From Callorhinchus milii (Eukaryota), in NCBI RefSeq assembly GCF_018977255.1, contig NW_024704742.1, positions 67,706,001 to 67,770,000 on the forward strand: DNA of 64,000 bases, in the 5' to 3' direction. The translations under genes were made by a program, and so were the position numbers. Positions 56,001 to 64,000 of this stretch are shown here, piece by piece (the first letter of the stretch is position 1; every line of letters starts with the position of its first letter). The notes beneath the pieces are model-generated. The model was given only the letters and a program-made list of their open reading frames with translations. It was not told the origin of the DNA and made no database searches.

Positions 56001-58575
56001 TTCTGTTTTTATTGTTCAAGGGTTTAGTACCAGTCCCTATACCTAGCAAATGATAGAAACCATTATTTTAAATTAATTTTCTTGCACTGAATCTAGACCT
56101 ATGTTGAATGCCATTTGTCAGCTGGTTGTGTAACTGAAAAACACTGATTTGTGTGTGTGATACATTGGCAGTGATGATCGGCGCAGGGGTACAGACCTCA
56201 GCTGGATAATGGGAGCTGAGTGCAGACATTATCTGTTCATCCTGCGTGTGGTGGGGTGTTCCAAGAAGTGCTTGCATGAGAAAAACTGCCTGTATCTGAG
56301 CCTCTACGACAAACCAAACCAAACAGTGTTGGGATCCAGAATTATGCAAGTGATATGCAAAAGCTGTGAATAACACTATCTGGTGTATATTACTATGTTG
56401 ATTTCTTGTATATCTAGAAATGTTGAGTACCATGGGTGCACTGTTCAGCCAACACTGTAATCACTAGCCACCCAACTTATTTTTAGTAATCTCACTTTCC
56501 AGCTCTTTTCCCAAATCCCTTAAGATTTTTTTTATTGCTCAGGTGCTTACCTAGTTCCCCTCCTGAACAAACCCAAACAAGCCTCTGAAGTGAAGATATT
56601 TCTTCAGATCTTTCTTCCTTATATAATAAATAATAATCCTTGCATTTGATATAGTGCTTTTCACGTCTTCTAGACAACAGCAACAACAAGATTACATTTG
56701 TATAGCGCCTTTCACGTCGGGAGGACGTCTCAAAGCGCTTCACAGAATACACTGTAAAGTGAATTGACTATATTTATGGGAGAAGTGTGGCAGCCAATTG
56801 CACACAGCAGTGCAAACAGTCATGGATTGAGTGACCAAATTGTTATTTTATTTATTTCCTTGAGGTATTATCAGGTATGTGGTGTAAGGAAACTTGCTCA
56901 AGGTTTCGCCCTACCTGGAATCGAACTTGGGTCTCTCACTTGCGAGGCGAGTGCTCTAACCACTGAGCTACAGGACTTCTTCTGCTTGCAGTCCTGAGAC
57001 TGTTTCCCGTTGTTACCAATTTTCCGAAATGACCATTTGTGTTTTTGTTTAAATAAAGATATATATATATATATAACTTGTCTTGCTTATTTCCAGGGCA
57101 ATGCTTCAACTATTCAAAGCTAACAACAGAATCCCTGGGTAAGTTGGTTGTGAAATAAATTGGCACACTAATAATGTAGAATCTTTTTGCAAAGTGCAAG
57201 CATTGTCCCAGTCGGTCATTGCAGATATGACCGATAAGTGGGGTCTCCTTGAAGCTGAACTGGCTCCAAAGTGACATGCTTGGCAACGGAATGTCGGGAT
57301 TGAGCCAGACCTCTGTGGCGGTTTTGATAATCCAGTTCCTGAGCCAAGCGGGTCCGTAGTATTCCAGGGCACTGCTAATGACAGCACAGCCCGGCCTGGC
57401 TCGTCAGCAGGACCTGGAAAGGCAGAGCAGTCAGTCTGGGGCAGGGAGTCATTCCACTCAGCTACTGTTAACCCTGCAAGCCAAATCCCTAATGAGTAGG
57501 TTAGGGTGGTCCTAGCTGAACAAGCTAGCCAAACAGCAATATCAATGGCAAGCTATTTGGATTTAATTGGTTAGATCCCAGCAGTACTCCAATGCACACT
57601 CGAGTTCCCAAGCCTTGGCTCTTGCCAACCTGTGCCTAATACTTTCTGGATTAGGTAAACAGGATGTGTCCCTCCAGGGAGAGAGTTCACATTCCATTCC
57701 AACAATCCATCTCTGGGATTTCCATGTGTAGGTGGATGCCTGGAAACCTCAGTTTAGTTTGGATACTCTAAGTATAGTGATGGGTTTCCGCATGTGTCAG
57801 ACACCTGGCTGACCGAAAAAAGATTGCACCTTGCGAAATTCCATGGGAATGTATGAAAATGTCTTGTTTCACACCTTTGGATTATGTATTGCATTCAACT
57901 AGATAGATATCTAAAAAGGAATAACATGCAGATCTCCTGGGGTCAAGCAACACTGGAAACATTCCTGAGAACACCTGCCAGCTTCCTACCTGCTATGATC
58001 AGGCATTGACATCGGCAGGACTGGGAAGTGCTGACTAGCAGCCTGTTTTTATAGTGTTCCCTGTATAATACTGGGGCTTATCTTGTGCCTCCCAACTCCC
58101 TACGATGCAGTAGGGCCGGCCTGCATCTTCTAAAGATTATTTTTTTTTCAGTGAATATTTGCTGGATGAGTTCTTGGACAGTGCGAAGGAGAGCAAGAAC
58201 AATGCTCTGGCTTGGATGTGGTGAAGCTGGCCACTGCTTTCAGTTTACCTGCTGCACCAAAGCTGGCCACCAGGGTGACCACTGAATTTCAACTGACCAA
58301 CGAAGACAGGTAAGGCTTTTGCAATAGTCTTTTAACATAAAACTCGTGAGAAATTTTTGAGAAATGATGGCACCATTTCTAAGGGAAACTGGAGGCATGT
58401 CAATTTGATTGACAGTGGTTAATGGTCTTTAATACTGGGTGCATTTATTTAAAAAAGTGAACTTTTTATTGTAAATTTTAAAACTTTCTGTTTTCTTTCA
58501 AACAGAATTGATCTGGATGAGCTGAATGCCACCAGCAGCGACAGCAGCGACAGCAGTGACAGTGATAAAGAATAA
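37913..58575 (+). CDS. PTCD3: Pentatricopeptide repeat domain 3 / mitoribosomal protein mS39 gene, 24 coding exons (apparent 1-nt deletion in exon 23)
   Basis: Spliced exons give [53 protein letters not shown] repeats and an acidic SDSSD tail. Exons total 2039 nt, one short of 680 codons. Confidence 0.97.
39466..39790 (+). mobile_element. Full-length tRNA-derived Deu SINE (short subfamily)
   Basis: Closely similar to 19812-20140. Confidence 0.92.
39857..39909 (+). CDS. PTCD3: PTCD3 exon 2 ([17 protein letters not shown])
   Basis: AG/GT bounded, 53 nt, phase 2-1. Confidence 0.85.
40036..40075 (+). CDS. PTCD3: PTCD3 exon 3 ([13 protein letters not shown])
   Basis: Donor GTAAGT; acceptor either 40036 or the in-frame CAG giving a start at 40045. 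Confidence 0.88.
40315..41540 (+). mobile_element. CR1-clade LINE, 5'-truncated
   Basis: [50 protein letters not shown] motifs; 3' GATTCTAT-type tail; inserted at a SINE tail. Confidence 0.93.
41746..41791 (+). CDS. PTCD3: PTCD3 exon 4 ([15 protein letters not shown])
   Basis: AG/GTGAGT, 46 nt. Confidence 0.95.
41889..41957 (+). CDS. PTCD3: PTCD3 exon 5 ([23 protein letters not shown])
   Basis: AG/GTAAGT, 69 nt. Confidence 0.95.
42530..43160 (-). mobile_element. L2-clade LINE 3' fragment
   Basis: [29 protein letters not shown] motifs. Confidence 0.85.
43579..43683 (+). CDS. PTCD3: PTCD3 exon 6 ([15 protein letters not shown]...FAEPSIP)
   Basis: AG/GTGAGT, 105 nt. Confidence 0.94.
44743..44866 (+). 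CDS. PTCD3: PTCD3 exon 7 ([23 protein letters not shown]...LVQA)
   Basis: AG/GT, 124 nt. Confidence 0.95.
45492..45604 (+). CDS. PTCD3: PTCD3 exon 8 ([24 protein letters not shown]...ESL)
   Basis: AG/GT, 113 nt, phase 1-0. Confidence 0.92.
46040..46815 (+). mobile_element. L2-clade LINE 3' fragment
   Basis: [28 protein letters not shown] motifs and tail. Confidence 0.87.
46862..46935 (+). CDS. PTCD3: PTCD3 exon 9 ([25 protein letters not shown])
   Basis: Donor AG|GTAAGA is clear; the AAG acceptor ending at 46861 is the only nearby AG that keeps phase. Confidence 0.8.
47457..47544 (+). CDS. PTCD3: PTCD3 exon 10 ([29 protein letters not shown])
   Basis: AG/GT, 88 nt. Confidence 0.96.
47643..47703 (+). 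CDS. PTCD3: PTCD3 exon 11 ([20 protein letters not shown])
   Basis: AG/GTGAGA, 61 nt. Confidence 0.94.
48570..48652 (+). CDS. PTCD3: PTCD3 exon 12 ([28 protein letters not shown])
   Basis: AG/GTGAGC, 83 nt, PPR motif. Confidence 0.94.
48922..49066 (+). CDS. PTCD3: PTCD3 exon 13 ([22 protein letters not shown]...EMKALGI)
   Basis: AG/GTATGT, 145 nt, PPR motif. Confidence 0.95.
49499..49638 (+). ncRNA. SNORD94: Box C/D snoRNA SNORD94 (U94) homolog, copy A, PTCD3 intron 13
   Basis: C box ATGATGA 49506-49512, U6-complementary guide GCGCAGGGGT 49516-49525, CTCAGCT/AGCTGAG hairpin, D box CTGA 49629-49632, 6-bp terminal stem CCTGGC/GCCAGG; PTCD3 is the known mammalian host gene. Confidence 0.9.
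50514..50564 (+). CDS. PTCD3: PTCD3 exon 14 ([17 protein letters not shown])
   Basis: AG/GTAAGT, 51 nt. Confidence 0.93.
50822..50960 (+). pseudogene. SNORD94: Degenerate SNORD94 copy B, PTCD3 intron 14
   Basis: Body and D box (50953-50956) align with the other copies, but the C box is absent and the guide reads GCTCAGGGGT. Confidence 0.75.
52341..52430 (+). CDS. PTCD3: PTCD3 exon 15 ([29 protein letters not shown])
   Basis: AG/GTAGGT, 90 nt. Confidence 0.92.
52883..52911 (+). CDS. PTCD3: PTCD3 exon 16 (YFFTNAIKV)
   Basis: AG/GTGAGT, 29 nt, phase 1-0. Confidence 0.9.
53150..53340 (+). mobile_element. L2 RT internal fragment
   Basis: [25 protein letters not shown]...[12 protein letters not shown], very similar to 11510-11690. 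Confidence 0.85.
53485..53591 (+). CDS. PTCD3: PTCD3 exon 17 ([13 protein letters not shown]...QQSIY)
   Basis: AG/GTAAGA, 107 nt. Confidence 0.94.
54146..54224 (+). CDS. PTCD3: PTCD3 exon 18 ([26 protein letters not shown])
   Basis: AG/GTAAGC, 79 nt. Confidence 0.95.
54375..54465 (+). CDS. PTCD3: PTCD3 exon 19 ([30 protein letters not shown])
   Basis: AG/GT, 91 nt. Confidence 0.95.
54664..54749 (+). CDS. PTCD3: PTCD3 exon 20 ([29 protein letters not shown])
   Basis: AG/GT, 86 nt. Confidence 0.95.
55067..55212 (+). CDS. PTCD3: PTCD3 exon 21 ([13 protein letters not shown]...GGRTDDAW)
   Basis: AG/GTAAGA, 146 nt. Confidence 0.94.
55451..55755 (+). mobile_element. Full-length tRNA-derived Deu SINE (short subfamily)
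   Basis: Same head, core and tail as 19812-20140. Confidence 0.9.
56166..56303 (+). ncRNA. SNORD94: Box C/D snoRNA SNORD94 (U94) homolog, copy C, PTCD3 intron 21
   Basis: C box GTGATGA 56171-56177, guide GCGCAGGGGT 56181-56190, D' CAGA 56192-56195, D box CTGA 56296-56299. Confidence 0.92.
56628..56978 (-). mobile_element. tRNA-derived Deu SINE with double tail
   Basis: Reverse complement of the same head and core. Confidence 0.88.
57097..57138 (+). CDS. PTCD3: PTCD3 exon 22 ([13 protein letters not shown])
   Basis: AG/GTAAGT, 42 nt, phase 2-2. Confidence 0.93.
57230..57813 (+). repeat. Unclassified ~600-nt interspersed repeat, longest copy
   Basis: Homologous to 1935-2359, 49925-50325, 23470-23710(-), 27836-28185(-) and several shorter pieces. 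Confidence 0.85.
58152..58309 (+). CDS. PTCD3: PTCD3 exon 23 ([20 protein letters not shown] / [13 protein letters not shown]...NEDR), frame-shifted as written
   Basis: AG/GTAAGG bounded, 158 nt; homology continues in the shifted frame after about 58211. Confidence 0.9.
58506..58575 (+). CDS. PTCD3: PTCD3 exon 24, terminal ([22 protein letters not shown])
   Basis: Acceptor after pyrimidine tract, TAA at 58573-58575, Ser/Asp tail as in other PTCD3 proteins. Confidence 0.92.
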
Positions 58576-61171
58576 TTGATCTCTGGAATCATAAAATGCT
58601 GCTTTTTATTTTAAAAGATCCTATTAATCATTGAAATCTACGTATTTGAGGACCTGGTGTATTTATTTTGAGTACATAACACACTTGTGTAGTGGACTTG
58701 CAGAGTATTCAAATGCAATGTAGGAAGATGGATGAACGATCGTAACTGGTGTAAGTTGAAATATAGCTGATAAAATTTCATTATTTAAATCACTATTATT
58801 TAAGTCACTTCTGTGGTTTATCAAAAAAAAATTACACTTGCCAGGTACTTCAGAAACCAATGCTTCTGCTTTTGAGTGTTGAGTTAAACACACTTCATTT
58901 TGGAGATTAACTGGTAAAATGTCAAATTCTGGTAATTTTACTACACCTAGAGAACTCTGGTCTGTCAGAGGGCAATTACATTGATAGCTGGGAATAATAA
59001 TAATCTTTACATTTGGTATGGCATCTTTCATGTCATGAAAATGCCCAAAGCCCTTCACAGGATGTACTGTAAAATGTACTGACTATGTTGTGAGCAAATG
59101 CAGCAGCCAATTTGCACACTGCAATGTCCCACATCCAGCCACGGAGTGGGGAATTGTTGGAAATCACCGACTGGAGAAGAAACTTTGCAAATTGGGAATT
59201 TTTACATTAGAGCCAAGGGGTTAATTCAATGATGGTATAAATTAGATTAACCTGTAGTTCTCTATTCATTGTCAGACTCCACTACATGGAGCTTTCAGAT
59301 GCGGTACCCTAAGGCAATGCAAACTACACTGCCTCATCCTCAAATAACTTGCTAATGTGGTCTACCCAGGCACATAGGATTCATTGCTGCTACGTATGGA
59401 GCTGTACTTCAGCATGAAGGGAGGGAGAGATGGGCAAAAATTGCCACCTGATATTTTCTCCACTCCTAAATCCAGGGCCAACTGCAGCCACATTATTACT
59501 CCAGAATGCGTTATTTCTTGAGGATTCCAACACCGAAGATTATAGGGGAGATTTGTGGTCTCAGCAATATTTTTTTAATCCTGGGCTAAAGGTCTGGTTA
59601 AGAGTGAGGTCCCTACTGCCCAGTGGACCTTATTTAGGATTTAACTTCCTTTGAGATCAATAAATCAGTTCAGGTAAAGACTGGCAATGTATAACAGCAA
59701 AATTACATTTATAGAGTGCCTTTCACGTCAGGAGGACGTCCCAAAGCGCTGAAATAGACAAGTGTTGTAGACACTGGAAGATGGTCCTGCTTAATCCAGG
59801 AGAACAGCAGATGAGATGGGAGCTTCAGGTCTGGAAGATTTAGAAAAATGACCAGGACAAATAAAACAGCAGTAAGGAGGTGTGTCATTCCAGTACAACT
59901 GCAAAGTGATATGGGGGAATAAAATAAGGTGAAATGGGACATTGAAAAAGACAACTAAAGGTTGAAGGCAGTGTTCGTGCTTTTGTGGACTGATTGGTGC
60001 CTGAGAAAAAGGTGGAACCTGCAACTTGGTTGGGATAAATGCAAGTGGATCAGAGTACAAGGAGTGAGAGGTAAGTGTAGATCAATAAGGTCAAAGTGCA
60101 AATGGGAGGCACCATAAATGTAGGTCAGCCAAACCAGGTCAGATGGGAAGCTGAATTGGCAAGCCATAATGTCATGTGCACAACAGTTTATATTAATACA
60201 GCAACTTTCATGTACAGAACATGTCTCAAAAGTGGTTCATGGTTGCAGTAAGGGGAAGATTGAAAGTGCATTATCCACTGTATTGGCTTTGTTCAAAAAT
60301 TAAATAATAGTATACATATTTTCACTTATTGATCTTAAATTCCAGACCAATCACAAGAACAGGGAACCACCTGAAAGAAGTAGCTCATCATTTCTACACC
60401 CTTCCCAAAATGTGGCAGTTAATTGCACACAATAGTGTCCCATAAACAGTTGTGGATTGAGTGACTTAAATTATTATTTTTATTAATTTATTTTTTTGAA
60501 GGGATTTTACCCCCGGAAAAGCGATCCATATTATTACTTATAATGATCCTTGCGTTTGATTTAACGCTTTTTCACATCAGTCTTAAAGCACTTCACAGGA
60601 TTTACTGTAAAGTGCAGTGACATTTTGTAAGTAAATGCTGCAACCAATTTACATGCAATAATGTCCACATATACAGAGCCTATGCCATTAATCATGTTTC
60701 CTGTGTTGGGAATTCTCATTATGAGGTTAATGAGGAAGTCAGTCTGATCTTAGGTGATGAGTAGATAATAACAATCCTTGCCTTTGATATAGCGCCTTAT
60801 CACATCTTCGAGACGTCCTATAGCACGTCACAGAATGTACAGTAAAGTGAATCAACTGTATTTTGTGGGCAAAATGTGGCAGTTAATTGCGCATAGTACT
60901 GTCCCATAAACAGTCGTGGATTGAGTGACTATTTTTTTGAAGGGATTTTTACCCCCTGAAAAGCGATCCACCCATTGACTTAACAACCGGGTTCCTACTT
61001 ACTGCTAGGTAAACAGATGATTTAGCTTGCTGCTTTGCACTCAACTATCGGTAAAACCTTAGACCTGTGAATGTGTGACAAACATTTGAGACCTTTTTCA
61101 CTTGCAAATAATTTTGTTTACTTTATTATTACATTAATATAAATTTTAGTATATTAATGTTTCAATTTGGT

Positions 61172-61177
61172 TTTATT
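61172..61177 (-). terminator. Candidate IMMT polyadenylation signal AATAAA (second one at 61122-61127)
   Basis: TTTATT on the plus strand about 250 nt past the IMMT stop codon. Confidence 0.55.
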
Positions 61178-61427
61178 GATATGCATGTGAGGAGGAAGAA
61201 AAAAATCAACATACAGTGGCTCAAAATGATTTGGTTCAATTACAAAGCCCAATCCATGAAACTAACATTATAGCAAGCTATACACACGCACATTTCCACA
61301 TTTTACTGCACCAGCCAACAAAGTTCACTGAAAACCTGTGAAATCATCAGCCCTCGTGCTTACAGAACAGTGCTTAGGGAGGATTTGAATCATTGTTCTG
61401 ACGTGATAAGGACGGTGTTCGGTTGAA

Positions 61428-62035
61428 TCATTCCACTTGCGTAGTGCCTAAACCAACTGCGTTTGCATAAGCCGAAAGGACATCTACTATCTGTTTTGTT
61501 TCTAGGGTCAGACGAGCCTCTGTCAGCCAGTCCCGGGCCACTCTCCTCGGCTCTCCTCGGAGTTGGTTTATAAATTTCGCTGCCAGCTCCAGGTCTCCGT
61601 GTTCGATGCTAAACGTGGCATATGATAATAGTTTAAATGTGTCCAGGTCTTCGGGGTTCAGTTCCTCAGGGGGCTTAGTGATCTGGGGCTCTCTTAATAT
61701 GACGGACTGCAGGTAGGAGAGGAAGTATTGATACAGGCTGTTTCGCGTCTCGTCAATCATGGCCACACGGCGTGCTATTTTTCGTACTGCATAGAACCGT
61801 TGACGTAATGCCTCTTCACTATACACACCACGGGAGAGAGACTCTTCAGGGAGGGCTCCAGATAAAGCCCGTGTGAATGGGTTGTCTCCGCAGCTGTTTG
61901 AAATAGACTGTACTGCGTTCTTTAGAGGTTCTGTTGGGGTGTCACCAGAGGCCGTCTTTAGTGTGAACTTGAGAGCTTCTATGGACAGCCACAGCTGATG
62001 CGCCTTTCTGGCCTCCTCCTCGGCAATGGCATGGC
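61428..62035 (-). CDS. IMMT: MICOS subunit MIC60 (mitofilin), last coding exon
   Basis: HAIAEEEARKAHQLWLS...HGDLELAAKFINQLRGEPRRVARDWL...GLGTTQVE*; acceptor TTCAG, 608 nt. Confidence 0.97.
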
Positions 62036-62965
62036 CTGAAAGCATCACACAAGCTGATTAAAACAACATTATCCTTTCAACAAGGTTCATATGTAAATAA
62101 ATATTGGTATAAAACAACCATTAAAGCTTTGTGAGCCACAGATGAACTCACTCCAATTCCCCCACACCTTCCCAATGGGGACATATTTATCCTTCACTCT
62201 CCTGCAAATTAAACCTCTCACCAAGTGACTTTTAAATTTGAAATTAAAACAAGTGTGGGGAGGGGGGAGGCATCACTAGAAAACCTTTTTGTTTTCCACT
62301 TTAATTCATTACAACAAAATTAAATTTATATAACGTTTCTCACATCAGAAAGATGTCCCAAGGCACTGAACAATTAAGGGTTTGCACACCAGCTGATGGT
62401 TGGAATCAAGAGGAATGGAAAGTAGGAGAGGTAGGAGAGTGGCCAAAAGCACAATCAAAGTTTTTTTATTCAATACACTACTTAACCGTCAGTCACCTTG
62501 TCTGCTTTGCAGCTCTTAGTCCAGTATGATACATCTGCTTAAGCCAGTACCATTCCAGAGGTCATTCAGCCCATTAAGCCTGTTCTACCAGTTTATCATG
62601 ACAGATCTTTCAATCCCATTTTCCTGCCTTTTCCACAATTTCCTGAAGTTCACAAGTTTATAGGTTTAATGCCACTAAAACAAGGGCAACAACCAAAAAG
62701 ATCTTTGTTCGACCCACCACTCTCCATTTCCTGCTGACAGATTCATATTTGATTGAACCTTGCTTTTAAATTTAAGTTTACAGCGATTCACACAAAAACT
62801 CTGATGGCAGGAATGTTAAGTTAAGGCAAAACCCAACCATAATTCATTTGACCCGGCACCAAAATGTTGACTGTTGCCAGACACGACAGGGAAGGAAAAA
62901 GATCACCAAAAATTCCAGCATTTCTAAATAATTCCAAGAGTTAAAAAGAAAATATTTCCTTGAAG

Positions 62966-63290
62966 TAATAATCCTTGCATTTAATATAGTGCCTTATCAC
63001 ATCATTGACACATCTCAAAGTGCTTCACAGAATATACTGTAAAGTGGAGTGACTTTTGTGGATGGAAAAGTGGCAGCCAATTACGCACAGTAATGTCCCA
63101 CAAACAGTTGTGGATTGAGTGATCAAATCAGTATTTTGAATTTTTATTCATTTTTGAAGTATTATTACCCCTCGGAAGGCGGTCCGCTAATCAACTAACA
63201 TCCAGGTTCCTACTTCCTACTTGGTAAATAGAAGCGTGTGGAGTAAGAAAATATACCAAACTTTCGCCCTGCCCGTGAATCGAACCCAGG
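62966..63290 (-). mobile_element. tRNA-derived Deu SINE (long subfamily), head truncated
   Basis: As 23013-23352. Confidence 0.82.
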
Positions 63291-63532
63291 TGTGTGTGTC
63301 TGTCTCCTATCCCCTGCCTTTCCCCGTTTGTATCTATGTGCACATCTTTCCCCCCACCTCTGCAATAATATTCATAAACTTCCCCTCCGACAATGAGTGC
63401 TCAATATCTCAGTGGTCCCTTGGAGCACTTTGCACAGGGGAGGACAAAGTGCGTCACTCAACCAGTCAGTTGCTTTATACACCCATGAGGGCTGGTCATC
63501 TTAATTGACTACAAGATTAAATAATCACTTAC

Positions 63533-63662
63533 TCTCCACTGCTTTTTCGATTCCCTTCAACCTGGCATGAGCTGCATTTATATCCAGTGTAAAAGTGTCC
63601 ATCTGTTCCTGATTCAAGCGTTTATAATACATTTCATATTCATGTCTCTTTTGTTCCACCTC
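63533..63662 (-). CDS. IMMT: MIC60 penultimate exon (EVEQKRHE...QEQMDTFTLDINAAHARLKGIEKAVE)
   Basis: AG/GTAAGT bounded, 130 nt, phase 1 joins last exon. Confidence 0.94.
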
Positions 63663-64000
63663 CTGCAAATTAAAAAAATATATCAATTGACCATTTGTGT
63701 TAAAACAAAGCACCAAACCACCTATGAGACAACATTATAAAAAGGGATTAAAAGAGAAACTGGGTAAATTGCTGGAAATTAAAAAGATTCAGAATTATTA
63801 GATGTATTGAATAAATCTTTTGGAAGTTATAATAATAATTGTTGCATTTGATATTGTGCCTTGGTACAATACAACAAAATGGTGAGTTTACTTTTTTGTT
63901 TTAAAAAAACGCTATAGTGAACAGAAACAAAAATCAGTATACTTGACAAAATGAAACAAAAGTATTGCAAATAAATCTACCTTGATGTTTCTGAACATAT

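Noticed and set aside
63981..64000. Possible 3' end of a further IMMT exon (minus-strand AAG|GTAGAT)
   Set aside because: Only 20 nt visible and the translation does not clearly match MIC60.

Overview
Vertebrate genomic DNA, inferred from the repeat content to be a cartilaginous fish, probably a holocephalan (chimaera). It carries the conserved gene trio POLR1A (minus strand, coding exons 1-27 of the RNA polymerase I largest subunit, running off the left edge), PTCD3 (plus strand, 24 coding exons, mitoribosomal PPR protein mS39) and the last two exons of IMMT/MIC60 (minus strand). POLR1A and PTCD3 are head-to-head across a 740-bp CpG-rich bidirectional promoter, about two thirds of which is two minisatellites. 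Introns are dense in tRNA-derived Deu-domain SINEs, L2 and CR1 LINE fragments and one ~600-nt repeat family I cannot classify. The main observations are: three SNORD94-type (U6 Cm62 guide) snoRNA copies in PTCD3 introns 13, 14 and 21, one of them decayed and one sitting between inverted SINEs; an apparent 1-nt frameshift in PTCD3 exon 23; identical 76-bp direct repeats bracketing POLR1A exon 7; and a uORF overlapping the POLR1A start codon. All exon boundaries were read by eye and checked for GT-AG and phase continuity. Repeat boundaries are approximate. I found no clear evidence for a wholly new biological system.
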